In this document: positions 32,133-43,745 of the stretch, in pieces
Layout: each line of letters opens with the position of its first letter
Position numbering within the stretch: the stretch's first letter is position 1
NCBI GenBank assembly: GCA_002070955.1
Contig: MWEK01000012.1
Location: 35,514-99,513, forward strand
DNA from: Planctomycetes bacterium ADurb.Bin069
Lineage (GTDB): Bacteria; Planctomycetota; UBA8108; UBA8890; UBA8898
DNA length: 64,000 nt
Reading direction: 5' to 3'
Translations under genes and position numbers: made by a program
The notes under the pieces: model-generated
Databases searched by the model: none
Seen by the model: only the letters and a program-made list of their open reading frames with translations
Told to the model about the DNA's origin: nothing

Positions 32133-33146
32133 ATGACCGCGCCCCGCGTCCGCAGCGTTCTCCCCGCGTACAACGCCGCCGCGACCCTCGGCCGGGCGCT
32201 GGCCAGCCTTGCCGCGCAGACCTTCGCCGACTGGGAATGCCTGATCGTCGATGACGGATCTACCGACGCCACGGGGGCCGTGGGCGCGGAATGGGCCCGC
32301 CGCGACGGGCGCATGCGCATGCTCGCGGCGCCCCGCGGCGGCATCGTCCGCGCCCTGAACGCCGGGTTCCGCGGCGCGGACGCGCCGCTCCTCGCCCGCA
32401 TGGATGCCGACGACGAGTCCCTGCCCGACAGGCTCGCGCGGCAAGTCGCGTTCCTCGATGCCAATCCCGACATCGGCATCGTTTCCTGCCTGGTGGAGCA
32501 CGTGCCCGCCCACGGCGCGCAGCAGGGTTTCGGCTTGTACGTCGATTGGACCAACGGCCTGCGGACGCCGGAAGACCATGCCCTGAATCGCTTCGTCGAA
32601 TCGCCGCTGGTTCACCCGACCGCCGTGTGGCGGCGCGATTGCGCGCCCGGCGCCGCCCTCTACCGCGAATCGCCGCGTTGGCCCGAGGACTACGACCTGT
32701 GGCTCAGGCTCATGCACGCCGGCGTCAAGGCGGCCAAAGTGCCCGCCGTGCTCTACCGATGGCACGATCCGCCGGGCCGGCTCTCGCGGACCGATCCGCG
32801 CTACTCGGTGGAATCGTTCTACGAATGCAAGGCGCATTACCTCGCCATCGGGCCCCTTGCGGACCGGAGCGAGGTGGGCGTCTGGGGCGCGGGCCGGCCG
32901 GCGCGCCTGCGCGCGGCGCTGCTTGAGCGCCACGGCGTTCGAATCCGGTTCTACGTGGATATCGACCCGCGCAAGACGGGCAAGAAAATCGCCGGCCGCC
33001 CCGTGCTGGCCCCCGAAGATCTCGCCGCGGCGCCCCCCGTGCCGCTCCTGGCTTACGTCGGTTCGCGGGGCGCGCGCCAGCGGATCCGCGCGTTCCTGGC
33101 GAGGATGCGTCGGCGCGAGGGCGTGGATTTTTGGTGCGCGGCCTGA
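32133..33146 (+). CDS. Family 2 glycosyltransferase
   Basis: The translation SVLPAYNAAATLGRALASLAAQTFADWECLIVDDGSTD...ARMDADD shows GT2 DxD and N-terminal motifs. Confidence 0.8.
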   Translation: MTAPRVRSVLPAYNAAATLGRALASLAAQTFADWECLIVDDGSTDATGAVGAEWARRDGRMRMLAAPRGGIVRALNAGFRGADAPLLARMDADDESLPDRLARQVAFLDANPDIGIVSCLVEHVPAHGAQQGFGLYVDWTNGLRTPEDHALNRFVESPLVHPTAVWRRDCAPGAALYRESPRWPEDYDLWLRLMHAGVKAAKVPAVLYRWHDPPGRLSRTDPRYSVESFYECKAHYLAIGPLADRSEVGVWGAGRPARLRAALLERHGVRIRFYVDIDPRKTGKKIAGRPVLAPEDLAAAPPVPLLAYVGSRGARQRIRAFLARMRRREGVDFWCAA

Positions 33147-33177
33147 GGGCGGTGCGCGCGCCAAAGCGCGGGCGGCG

Positions 33178-34116
33178 TTATTTCTCCGGGACGCCGCCGC
33201 GCCAACGCGCGTGAAGCTCGAGCGCCTCGCCGTGCCTGGCGAGCGTCGCCACCGCGGCGCGCAGGCGGAAGCGCGCCGTCTCGCCCTCCGCGAGATCCTT
33301 GCCCCCGAGGCTCAGGTACAGCGAGTTGTGGCTCGCGACGGAATCGTGTCCGCCGGGCCGCGTGTACGTGCTCTCCAGCGCGAAGCAATCCTCGGCGCGG
33401 GCGAAAAGCAGCACCGCGACGCCGTTCTCGGGATTGCGCGAGCCGAGGAGCGGCGCGGCGTAATGCCGGCCGGCGGCGAAGTGGACCGGGTTGGGCGGCT
33501 TCTCCCACCGGCCGTCGAAGATGAGCCGCGCGGCCGCGTCGTCGCGGGGGAAGGCGAGGTAACAGCCCTCGATGAAGGGCGCGGCCGTGGGCTCGTAGAG
33601 CACGGGGTCGCGCCCGCCGCCCTGGTGGAGCGTGTCCTTGAGGAACAGGAAATGCCGGAGCGCCATGGCCGGGTAGGAGGAGACGAAGATTTCAAAGGCG
33701 GGCAGCGGGGCCTTGGCGACGCACTCAAGCGCCAGGTCCAGCGAGCGCGCGTCGCCCAGCGTGAAGCGCCCCGTGATGGAGTAGGGCCGCTCGGGCGCCG
33801 CCTCCCACAGGATCGAAAGCTCGGTGCGCGCGGCGTTGAGTTGGGCGCGGTGCGGCGCCGTGCGCGCGTCAGGGAAGCGCGTCGGGCCGGCGAAGACGCG
33901 GTACAAGCTCAGGAGGCCCGGAAGCGGCGGGTCGTTGGCAAGCTCCAGCCCCGTGGCCGCGTCCGTGAGCTTGACGACGCCCTGGGACCGGCCGTCGGCG
34001 CGGATCGTGCCCCGCAGAGCGCCGGTGTCGAAGGAAAAATAACCCGGCGCCGCCGGCGTGAAGGTCAGATCGGCGGCGCCTGCCCACGCGACGGCGAAAA
34101 GCACGATCGTGCTCAT
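33178..34116 (-). CDS. Secreted hypothetical protein
   Basis: ATG at 34116 with GGAGGAC upstream. Signal peptide MSTIVLFAVAWAGAADL. No recognisable domain. Confidence 0.55.
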   Translation of the reverse strand: MSTIVLFAVAWAGAADLTFTPAAPGYFSFDTGALRGTIRADGRSQGVVKLTDAATGLELANDPPLPGLLSLYRVFAGPTRFPDARTAPHRAQLNAARTELSILWEAAPERPYSITGRFTLGDARSLDLALECVAKAPLPAFEIFVSSYPAMALRHFLFLKDTLHQGGGRDPVLYEPTAAPFIEGCYLAFPRDDAAARLIFDGRWEKPPNPVHFAAGRHYAAPLLGSRNPENGVAVLLFARAEDCFALESTYTRPGGHDSVASHNSLYLSLGGKDLAEGETARFRLRAAVATLARHGEALELHARWRGGVPEK

Positions 34117-34147
34117 GGCGGCGGTCCTCCCGGACGGCGCGGCGCGC

Positions 34148-34315
34148 TCAGAACGACAAGAGGCAATGCCAGATATACACGTAGGCCAGCGCGTCGTTCT
34201 TCTCCCAGATCGCCTTGATCAGGTCCTCGCGGGTGATCTGCGTCGGCAGCTCCTTGCGCTTCTCCTCCCAGGGAATGCACACGCCGGGCGGACGTTGCCG
34301 CGTTTTCTCGGCCAT
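34148..34315 (-). CDS. Small hypothetical protein (55 aa) immediately downstream of the URO-D-like gene
   Basis: ATG at 34315 with GGGAGGAACACGACC upstream. Translation MAEKTRQRPPGVCIPWEEKRKELPTQITREDLIKAIWEKNDALAYVYIWHCLLSF. It falls below the ORF-track size cutoff. Confidence 0.35.
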   Translation of the reverse strand: MAEKTRQRPPGVCIPWEEKRKELPTQITREDLIKAIWEKNDALAYVYIWHCLLSF

Positions 34316-34340
34316 GGTCGTGTTCCTCCCGATCCGCTTC

Positions 34341-35537
34341 TCAGTACTGCCCGTATTCGCGCGCGGCCTCGGTCATGGCCCGCATGTTCTCGACCCGCGC
34401 GTCGTCCTGGACGATGGCGCTGGCATCCATGATATAGCCGCCGTCGCGCGCGACGCCCTCGATGACCTTCTTGACGCAGGCGCGCACCTCGTTGGGGCTG
34501 TTGTAGGCCAGCATGGCGTTGGGAATCCCGCCGCTCAGGCAGAATTTCCCCCCCAGCGCCTTGTGAGCGTTGAAGATGTCCCCGCGGTCCACATGGTAGA
34601 TGATGCTCTTTTCGGGCAGCTCGGCGAAGGCGCCCAGGTGCGCATCCCAGCTTCCCTCGGCGTAAAAGAGCACCTGGTGCCCCTTGCTCCAGATCTCCTC
34701 GATGATAGGTTTGAGCGTGGGCCAGTAGATGCGGTCGAAATGCTCGCGCGACACGAAGGGCACGCAACCGCGGTGCATCCAAATGGTGATCGGCACCTCC
34801 TTGGCGGGGTCGGCTCCGGACAGGGCCACCCACGTCAGGTGCGGCATGAGCGCCTCGCAGGCGGCAAGCACCTTCTCGGGCTGCTCCATGAGATCGTTGA
34901 TGAGGCCCAGGTAGCCGCGCAGCTTGTCCGCCAGGATGTCCATGGGCGCCTTGAGGATGCCGGCGATCGCCGAGACCGTGCCGCATTCGGTCCGGAGGCG
35001 CTGGTTCTGGCCGCCGAAGCCGAAGAAGTAGTTCAGCATGGCCATGCCGCCCTTCAGGAACGAGAGGTTGTTCCTGAGGGTGGCGGGCGCGCCGATGGGG
35101 ACCACATCGGTCGAGACCCGCGGCAGCCAGACGTTCAAGAGGAATCCCGTGGGGTCCTCGATGAGGGCGTCGTACTCGTCGGCGCGCATGAAGGCGCGGT
35201 CGGGGGGCGGCTCGCGGTACTGAAAGCCCGTGTCGGGCGAGATGTCGACGCCCGGCACGGCGTAGTACTTCAAGCCGATGGCCTGGGTAAGGCCGGTCCA
35301 GACGTAGACCATGTTGCCGACCACGGCATCCCAGTCGAACGCGGCCGCGCACTTGCAGGCCGCATCAAAGGCTTTCTCGTAGTCGTGCGTCACCTCCTGG
35401 CACGTGTAGCCGGCGTACTTGGCGGTGAACTCGGCGACGAAGGGGCGGATCGGCACCATGTCGGGCTTCTCGTTGCGCATCGCCGTCGTGTAGCGCGCCA
35501 ACCGCGCTTGGTAGAGCTTCTCCATCTCGTTCGCCAT
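34341..35537 (-). CDS. Uroporphyrinogen decarboxylase (URO-D)-like family protein (MtaA/CmuA-type putative corrinoid-dependent methyltransferase)
   Basis: Overall URO-D/MtaA-like TIM-barrel pattern (…YAGYTCQEVTHDYEKAFDA…GIPNAMLAYNSPNEVRACV…DGGYIMDASAIV). Confidence 0.75.
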   Translation of the reverse strand: MANEMEKLYQARLARYTTAMRNEKPDMVPIRPFVAEFTAKYAGYTCQEVTHDYEKAFDAACKCAAAFDWDAVVGNMVYVWTGLTQAIGLKYYAVPGVDISPDTGFQYREPPPDRAFMRADEYDALIEDPTGFLLNVWLPRVSTDVVPIGAPATLRNNLSFLKGGMAMLNYFFGFGGQNQRLRTECGTVSAIAGILKAPMDILADKLRGYLGLINDLMEQPEKVLAACEALMPHLTWVALSGADPAKEVPITIWMHRGCVPFVSREHFDRIYWPTLKPIIEEIWSKGHQVLFYAEGSWDAHLGAFAELPEKSIIYHVDRGDIFNAHKALGGKFCLSGGIPNAMLAYNSPNEVRACVKKVIEGVARDGGYIMDASAIVQDDARVENMRAMTEAAREYGQY

Positions 35538-35704
35538 AGCCGCGCGCTCCTTTCGAGCAAGGGGGCGATCTCCTATGCCTCCACATGATACTTAAAACCG
35601 GGCGCGCGTACCAGCCATCCCGCCGCGATCGGGGCGGCCGCGGGGAATACCCGCCGGCGCGGCCTGGCGTTCGGTTACAATCGACGGGGGAGACCTCGCC
35701 GCCC

Positions 35705-37216
35705 ATGAACCGCCGCGTTCTCTTCCTCTACCCGCCGCACGCGCGCAACACCGAACCGCCCCTCGGCGCGGCGCTGCTCGCGGCGTTTCTGCGCTCCTGC
35801 GGAGGTGAGGCGCGCGTCCTGGACCTCAACGCGGGGGCGGCCCCCGCGCTCGCGCTCGGCGCGCCCGACGCGCCCGACGCCCGCACCCACCGCGCGGCAC
35901 TGCACGTCGCCGGCGCGTTGCGCGCCCTGCGGACGCCGGAAGGCTACGCGTCGCCCGCCCGGTACCGCACGCACGTGGCGCACTACGCGGCGGCCCTGCG
36001 GGCGCGCGCCCGGGGCGAGCCCTGGGATTTGACGCCGGGGGATTTCACGGACGGACGTTGCCCGGACTTCGGCGCCGCGGCCGTCGAGCCCTTCATCGAC
36101 GCGCCCGAGCGCGTGCCCTTCCTGGCGCGCTGCGCGGAAATCGCCGGCCCCGTTCTGCGGGAGTTCGAGCCCGACACGGTGGGCATCTCCGTCATCTTCC
36201 GCTCGCAGCTTCTTCCCGCCGCGGCGCTGGGCGGCTGGGTGCGGCGCCAGCGGCCCGGCGCGGTGGTGATGCTGGGCGGCGGTTTCCTGGACGCCCTGCC
36301 CGCGGGGACTCGCGCCATGCTCGAGCGGCGCCTCGGCGCGGTGGTGCTCGGCGACGGCGAGCCGGCCCTCCGCGCGGCCTTCGGGCTGGAGCCGCCCGAA
36401 CCGGACTTTTTCCGCGATCCCGATTTCGGCGATTTCGACCTGGACGCATACCTGGCGCCCGGCCGCGTGTTGCCCATCGCGGCGAGCCGCGGGTGCTACT
36501 GGCGGCGCTGCGCGTTCTGCGACGAAGGGCGCCGGGATTTCGCGCAGGACCGCCCCCGCGCCTTCGCGGCGCGGCTGGCGCGCCTGGCCGCGGCCCATGC
36601 GCCCGCCTGCTTGCACTTCACCGACAACGCGGTTCCCCCCGCGTGCCTGCGCCTGCTTGCCGACGAGGGGAGCCCGGCCGCGTGGTTCGGGTTCGTGCGG
36701 GCGCGGCCGGAGTTGCGGGACCCGGGTTTTGTGCGAGCCTTGGCGGCCTCGGGTTGCCGCATGCTCCAGCTCGGCCTCGAGACGCCTGTCCCGCGGCTGC
36801 TTGCGGCGCTGGGAAAAGGCGTCGATCCCGGGGACTACGGCCCGATTCTGCGGAATTGCGCCGAGGCGGGCATCCGGAGCTACGTTTACCTCATGTTCGG
36901 GCTGCCGGGGCAGACGGTCGCCGACTGCGAAGCGGCCCTGCGGCTGATCGCGTCGGAGCCCATGGATTTTCTCAATGCCTCCATCTTTCGCTTGCCGCCC
37001 GGCGCCGCGATGGGCGCCGATCCCGCCCTATGGGCCATCGACCGCTTCGAGGCGGAACGCGCCACCAGCCTCTACCACGCGTGGAGCGCGCCCGGCATGG
37101 ACACGCGCGCGGTCAGGCATTGGCTCGCGCGACGCTTGAGGCGCGAGCCGCGGGCGCGGGCGGCCCTGGCGCGCACGCCGTCGTACTTCAAGTCGAGCCA
37201 CGCGGCCTTTCTTTGA
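35705..37216 (+). CDS. B12-binding domain radical SAM protein (class B)
   Basis: N-terminal cobalamin-binding Rossmann-like region (RVLFLYPP...) followed by the radical SAM motif RGCYWRRCAFCDE (Cx3Cx2C). Confidence 0.8.
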   Translation: MNRRVLFLYPPHARNTEPPLGAALLAAFLRSCGGEARVLDLNAGAAPALALGAPDAPDARTHRAALHVAGALRALRTPEGYASPARYRTHVAHYAAALRARARGEPWDLTPGDFTDGRCPDFGAAAVEPFIDAPERVPFLARCAEIAGPVLREFEPDTVGISVIFRSQLLPAAALGGWVRRQRPGAVVMLGGGFLDALPAGTRAMLERRLGAVVLGDGEPALRAAFGLEPPEPDFFRDPDFGDFDLDAYLAPGRVLPIAASRGCYWRRCAFCDEGRRDFAQDRPRAFAARLARLAAAHAPACLHFTDNAVPPACLRLLADEGSPAAWFGFVRARPELRDPGFVRALAASGCRMLQLGLETPVPRLLAALGKGVDPGDYGPILRNCAEAGIRSYVYLMFGLPGQTVADCEAALRLIASEPMDFLNASIFRLPPGAAMGADPALWAIDRFEAERATSLYHAWSAPGMDTRAVRHWLARRLRREPRARAALARTPSYFKSSHAAFL

Positions 37217-37931
37217 CGCCCGGCGGAGCTGCCGCGAGGGCGCGCGCCAAGAGGGCCCCATAACGGTCAAAGACCGCCTCGAGCCGCGTGTTGCCCATGC
37301 GGGCGAGAAGCGCCTCCAGCGCGCGCGCGAGCACGGGGGCCTGCGCCGCGAGAAGGAGCTTGTGGCGGGCGTGGAAGTCGAGGAGAGCGGCGCGCGTTCC
37401 GCCCCGCGCGGCGAGATCGCGCCAGCGCCGCAGGGCGAAAACGCGGCGGCAGAAATCCTCCCGCGCCGCGCGGGTGCGCAGGCGGCCCTCCTCGGCGACC
37501 GGCAGGAGCGGAAAACGCGCCGTGAAGGCCGCGGCCCACAGCCCCGCGCCCCTGCGCGCGACGGCGCCGCTCCGGCTGTGGATCTCCACGCACTCCAGGC
37601 CGCAGCTCGGCGAGCGGGCCTTGAAGACGAAGCCGCCGAGATTCTCGGCGCGGAGCGCCGCGAGGCGTTTCCGCGCCCACGCCTTCATGCGGCCGGTGAG
37701 GTCGACGCCGGTTTCGAGCGTTTCCAGGCGGACGCCCCCCCGCGCGGCCACGAGGTGGATGGGCTCGCGGGGCACCGGCAGGCCGCACTCGACCTCGGGA
37801 CAGACGGGCACCCACCGGACGCGCTGCCCGAACCCGTCCCGCAGCCGCCGGTCGAGCTTGTGCCGCCCGTCGTACCTGACTTTCTCGCCGAGCAGGCACG
37901 CGCTTATGCCGAGCGCGATCTTGGGGTCCAT
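37188..37931 (-). CDS. DUF523/DUF1722 (YbgA-like) family protein
   Basis: MDPKIALGISACLLGEKVRYDGRHK... is the typical DUF523 N-terminus. The 3' end overlaps the convergent radical SAM gene by about 29 nt, so the true stop may differ. Confidence 0.6.
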   Translation of the reverse strand: MDPKIALGISACLLGEKVRYDGRHKLDRRLRDGFGQRVRWVPVCPEVECGLPVPREPIHLVAARGGVRLETLETGVDLTGRMKAWARKRLAALRAENLGGFVFKARSPSCGLECVEIHSRSGAVARRGAGLWAAAFTARFPLLPVAEEGRLRTRAAREDFCRRVFALRRWRDLAARGGTRAALLDFHARHKLLLAAQAPVLARALEALLARMGNTRLEAVFDRYGALLARALAAAPPGVKERPRGST

Positions 37932-37964
37932 TCGAAAGCCTCCCTCGCCGGGCCGCCGGCGGCG

Positions 37965-39821
37965 TCACGACCTCCGCACGAACCAGTCGGCGTAGCTGCG
38001 CACTTCCCGGCCGTTCAGGACGTGGACGAGCCGGAGTTGCCTGAGGGTTTGGCCGCTGAAGCGCGCGGCCGGCAGGTGGACGAGGCGCCGGCCGTACATG
38101 CGCGCCATGCGGCGCCACACCGCCGTGGGGGCGACCGGGCTCAGGAACGCGATGCGGCGGTGGCGGCTGTAGGCGCAGGCGGCGGCGATGAGGCGCTCCT
38201 CCAGAGTGTCGGCGAAATCGAAATGCGGGTCGGTCCAGATGTCCGGCATGATGCGCGGCGGGTAGATCAGGAGCACGCCGCCGTACTGCGCGCGGCCGAT
38301 GCCGGGGCCCACCATGTCGTCCAGGTAGTTGCTCGCGTAGAGAATGAGGGTCGACTCCTCGGCGTACTCCGGATACCAGGTGGTGCGCCAGGGGTACTTG
38401 CGCGGGTCGGCCGGCGTGTCGAAGAGCATCACAACGCAGTCCAGGCTGCCGCGCGCCGGCGGGTTGATCTTGACGTAGATGTCGCCGCTCCAGAAACGCC
38501 TGACCGTCTCGCGGATGTCCAACCCGTCCTTGAGACTGGTCGTGAACTTCTCGCTGCGGGCCAGGTCCAGGCCGGCGAGCGCTTTGGCCTGGCTCACGAC
38601 GTGGCTCCGGAAGCGCTCGATGGCTTTGTCCTCGGGGATGAAGGAGCACATCGAGCGCGGATCCCAGAGGATGCGCCACTTGCGCCGATCGCCGGCGGGG
38701 GGCCGCGGCGTGAGCTCGAGGGTGCGCCAGACAAGCGGCGGTCCCGGCAGGCGGCTCACGGCGCGCACGATCCGCCCGTCGGGAAGGCGCGCCTTGTCGA
38801 TGCCGAACTCGATGTCGGGGTGCGGGAGCGGGCGCTGGTAGGGATAGGCGCGCGAGGTTTCCACCAGTTGGAGGGCGAAAGAGTCGCCGGCCATCTGCTT
38901 GGCCGCCACGGCGAGGGTGTACAGGTCCGGCGTCAACCGGTGTCTCATGAGGCTGAGGTTGCGCACGTATTTCAGGTAGAGCCCGAGGGCGTGGGGGCTG
39001 AGGTCGGCGCCGAGCGCCGCGTGGCGCGTCCGATAGCGCCGGCGCGTCTCCAGCAGCAAGTCCTTGACGCCGTCGACGGCGAGGTTCGCGTCGTCCTCGA
39101 TCTCCGCGCGGGCGCGCTCGTACAGGCCGGTGATGTAGGGCAGTTCGCCCAAGACGAAGAACAGCGTCGGCCCGCTGACGCGGAAGGTGCGCGTGGGCTC
39201 GACGAGATCGCTCTCCGCCGGCCGCGCGTCCGGATCGAGATACGCCTGCCTGAGCCACGGCCACTCAAGGAGCGAGCACAGGCACAGGATCGCGCCGAAG
39301 CGCGTCTCGAGGCTCCTGAGGGCCGCCGCCATGGCGCGGACGCGATTGCGCGGCTGGCCCTCGGGAAGGGGCGGCACGGCGGGGAGGCAGGCCGCGGCGA
39401 AGCGCGCCAGCGGCACGCGCTTGAGGGCGTAGGCGTCGGGGAAAAGCGCCCCGCGGGGCTCGAAGGCGTCGACCTCCAGGTCGATGAACGCCCGCGGGAT
39501 GCGTTCCTCCCGCGCGATCCGCAGGGCCGCGATCACCGCCTGGCAGGGGTCGATGGGCACGAAGCTGATCGTTCCCTCGGAGGCATCCTCCTCGCGGTCC
39601 GGGGACCAGGCGGTCGCTTCCTGGGTCACGACGGTGATGGCGGGAAGGTGGGCGATGGCGTCCTCGACATCGCGCTGGAAGGACGGAGGCAGCGGCACGG
39701 CGAGACAGTCGAAGCGCTCCTCGAGCATGAGACGCCGCGCCTCGAGGGCGAAGTCGCCGTTCCCGTGGACGATGGGCGCGAGGGTGATGCGGGGGCTCAG
39801 GCGCAGGACCGGGTCAATCAT
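37965..39821 (-). CDS. Hypothetical protein (619 aa), downstream partner of the MoxR-like ATPase
   Basis: ATG at 39821 overlapping the MoxR stop. No VWA MIDAS (DxSxS) motif or other recognisable domain found by eye. Confidence 0.5.
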   Translation of the reverse strand: MIDPVLRLSPRITLAPIVHGNGDFALEARRLMLEERFDCLAVPLPPSFQRDVEDAIAHLPAITVVTQEATAWSPDREEDASEGTISFVPIDPCQAVIAALRIAREERIPRAFIDLEVDAFEPRGALFPDAYALKRVPLARFAAACLPAVPPLPEGQPRNRVRAMAAALRSLETRFGAILCLCSLLEWPWLRQAYLDPDARPAESDLVEPTRTFRVSGPTLFFVLGELPYITGLYERARAEIEDDANLAVDGVKDLLLETRRRYRTRHAALGADLSPHALGLYLKYVRNLSLMRHRLTPDLYTLAVAAKQMAGDSFALQLVETSRAYPYQRPLPHPDIEFGIDKARLPDGRIVRAVSRLPGPPLVWRTLELTPRPPAGDRRKWRILWDPRSMCSFIPEDKAIERFRSHVVSQAKALAGLDLARSEKFTTSLKDGLDIRETVRRFWSGDIYVKINPPARGSLDCVVMLFDTPADPRKYPWRTTWYPEYAEESTLILYASNYLDDMVGPGIGRAQYGGVLLIYPPRIMPDIWTDPHFDFADTLEERLIAAACAYSRHRRIAFLSPVAPTAVWRRMARMYGRRLVHLPAARFSGQTLRQLRLVHVLNGREVRSYADWFVRRS

Positions 39822-40840
39822 CGTCCGCGGGGCGCTCGGCGCGCCCGTCGCCGTCGGCATCGTGGGATCCCGGCGGCTCGTCGGCATCGGGATTGAGGGG
39901 GTCGTCGGGCCTGAGGAAGAAGTCGCCCAGGCCGAGGGGCGGCACCTCGCTGCCGAGGCTGCGCTGCCTCGCCTCGGACAGCGCCTTGAGGTCGAGGGCA
40001 TCCTCGCCCAAGCAGCGCTCGACGGCCTCGCGCCACACCGCATCCTCGGCGAGGGGATGGCCCCGGCGCTGGGAGAGGCGCTTGACCGCGTACTTGATGA
40101 TGTTCATGCCGTCGCGGGGCGAGAAGTCCAGGCGCAGCGCGTGCGCCCGCTGCAGGAAATCCACCGTGAGGTCGAGAATCTGCCCGGCGGCGAAGGGCAG
40201 GTGGTAGGTGAGGATGGCCATCTCATCGGCGCGGGACGGGAAGCCGATCTTGAGCGTGGGCTGCAGGCGGCTCAGGATGTAGTCGGGAATCTCGTAAGTC
40301 GCGTCGTCCTCGTTCATCGTCACGGCGCAGCGGAAGTCCGCGTGCGCCCGCACGGCGATGCCCGCGATGATCGACTCGACGAAGCGGCGGTGGTCGAGAA
40401 GGGGCGCCAGGCTCGCCCACGACTTCTCGTTCATGCGGTTGCCCTCGTCCAGGACGCAGACCCCGCCGCGGATCATGGCGGTGACGAGGGGCGAGGCGTG
40501 GTACGCGATCGCGCCCTTCTCGGCCAGGACCGGCGTCACGAGCAGGTCCTCGGGGCGCGTGTCCGCGGTGCACTGGTAGATGTAGACCTCCTGCTTTCTA
40601 AGGGCGCCCGCCGCCGTGGCCAGGGTCGTCTTGCCGATGCCGGGAACGCCCAGAATCCGCGGCGTGAGGGGCAGGTCGTCCTTGTCGGTGACGAGCCAGC
40701 AGGCGAGGAGCTGGGTCAGGGTCTCCTCCTGTCCGATCCAGCGACCCGTGAAGGGCTGCGGCCGCGCCAGGGCGAGCTTCACGCCCTGGATGACGACGGT
40801 CTGGGTCGGGGCGTCCGCGGCCGGCGCCGACGTGGTCGGC

Positions 40841-40854
<14 letters not shown>
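39814..40854 (-). CDS. MoxR-family AAA+ ATPase
   Basis: Walker [12 protein letters not shown], Walker [11 protein letters not shown] and an acidic C-terminal tail. ATG at 40854. Confidence 0.8.
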
Positions 40855-42232
<1,378 letters not shown>

Positions 42233-42422
42233 GCTGTCGAGATCCTTTCGAGGCGACCCGGCGAGCGCCCGGGCGTGAACGCTTCTCAGACCGCCGGACA
42301 CCCCTTTGTAGTCCGTGGCGCGCGTTTTTGCAACCTCGCGCGGAGCGCGTCAAGGACGCCGGGCGGGAGGGCGCCGGCGAAGCCGTCGGAAAGCGGCGTT
42401 CCGCGCCGCCCGACCGCGGCCT

Positions 42423-43745
42423 TCACGGCTCGCCGCCGTACTGCTTCAAGCGGTAAAAGAGCGTCCGCCGGCTGATGCCGAGGAGCGCCGCCGCCTCGGT
42501 ACGGTTGCCGCCGGTCCGGCGCAGCGCTTCGCGGATGGCGAGGCGTTCCGCTTCCTCCACGCTCACGACGGGCGTCCGGTCGGGGCGGGCGGGGGGCGGC
42601 GCGGCGGAGGCGCGCAGCTTCTCCGGCAGGTGTTCGGGCAGGATGACGGCGCCCGCCGACAGAATCGCGGCGCGCTCGATGACGTTGGCCAGCTCCCGCA
42701 CGTTGCCGGGCCACCCGTAGGCCGCAAGGAGCGCCTGGGTCGCCGGCGACAGGCGCGCCTTCTCCTTGCCGGCGCGGCGCAGAAACAGGCGCGCGAGTTC
42801 GGGAACGTCCTCGGGGCGCTCTCGCAGGGGCGGCACGCGGATGTGAAACACGTTGAGCCGCCAGAAGAGATCCTCGCGGAAGCGCCCGGCGGCGGCCTCC
42901 TTCTCCAGATCCCGGTTCGTGCAGGCGATGATGCGCGCATCGGCGCGGCGGGTCCGGGACTCGCCGAGCCGCTCGTAGGCGCCGTCCTCCAAGACGCGCA
43001 GGAGCTTCGGCTGCACGTCGAGGGGCAGTTCGCCGATCTCGTCCAGAAGCAAGGTGCCGCCCGTCGCCGTCTCGAACCGGCCGCTGCGGTTGGCGTCGGC
43101 GCCGGTGAACGCGCCCTTCACGTGGCCGAAAAGCTCGCTTTCGACGAGGGTGCGGGGAATGGCGGCGCAGTTGACCGCGACGAAGGGCCCCGCGGCGCGG
43201 GCGCTCCGGGCGTGGATCAAGGCGGCGATTTTTTCCTTGCCCGAGCCGCTCTCCCCGGTGATGAGCACCGTGGCGTCGGTGGGCGCCACCATGTCGGCCT
43301 CGCGCACGACGCGCGCCATGGCCGGGCCGGCCGCCACGAACCCCTCCGGGAGGGGCGGCGGCGCCTCCTTCCCGCGCTCCTCGCGCGGGCCGGCGAGATC
43401 TTCGATCACGGCCATGAGCTCGTGGAGATCGACGGGCTTTTCCAGGTAGTCGGCGGCGCCTTTCTTGATGGCCTCCACCGCGTCGCGCACCTCGGCGTAG
43501 GCGGTGAGCAGGATCACGGGCAGCGCGGGCAGCCGGGCGCGCATGCGCGCGAGGCCTTCCAGGCCGCCCATGCCGGGCATGCGCACGTCCATGAGGACGA
43601 GGTCCGGCGCCTCCTCCTCCAGGAGCGCCAGCGCGCCTTCGGCATCCCCCGCGGCCCGGACGCGCAGCCCGCGGCCCTCGAGGAACTTCGCGATGATCTC
43701 GCGCTGGCGCGCGTCATCCTCGACGACGAAAATCAAAACGCTCAT
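42423..43745 (-). CDS. Sigma-54-dependent response regulator (NtrC family: REC-AAA+-HTH)
   Basis: REC (VLIFVVEDD), Walker [15 protein letters not shown] motif (HVKGAFTGA) and a C-terminal Fis-type HTH. Confidence 0.9.
   Translation of the reverse strand: MSVLIFVVEDDARQREIIAKFLEGRGLRVRAAGDAEGALALLEEEAPDLVLMDVRMPGMGGLEGLARMRARLPALPVILLTAYAEVRDAVEAIKKGAADYLEKPVDLHELMAVIEDLAGPREERGKEAPPPLPEGFVAAGPAMARVVREADMVAPTDATVLITGESGSGKEKIAALIHARSARAAGPFVAVNCAAIPRTLVESELFGHVKGAFTGADANRSGRFETATGGTLLLDEIGELPLDVQPKLLRVLEDGAYERLGESRTRRADARIIACTNRDLEKEAAAGRFREDLFWRLNVFHIRVPPLRERPEDVPELARLFLRRAGKEKARLSPATQALLAAYGWPGNVRELANVIERAAILSAGAVILPEHLPEKLRASAAPPPARPDRTPVVSVEEAERLAIREALRRTGGNRTEAAALLGISRRTLFYRLKQYGGEP

Noticed and set aside
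37267-39896. ORFs 37267..39264(-) and 37362..39896(+)
   Set aside because: They sit in alternative frames over DUF523, the MoxR-partner gene and MoxR, and their translations have no features and are Arg/Pro-rich.
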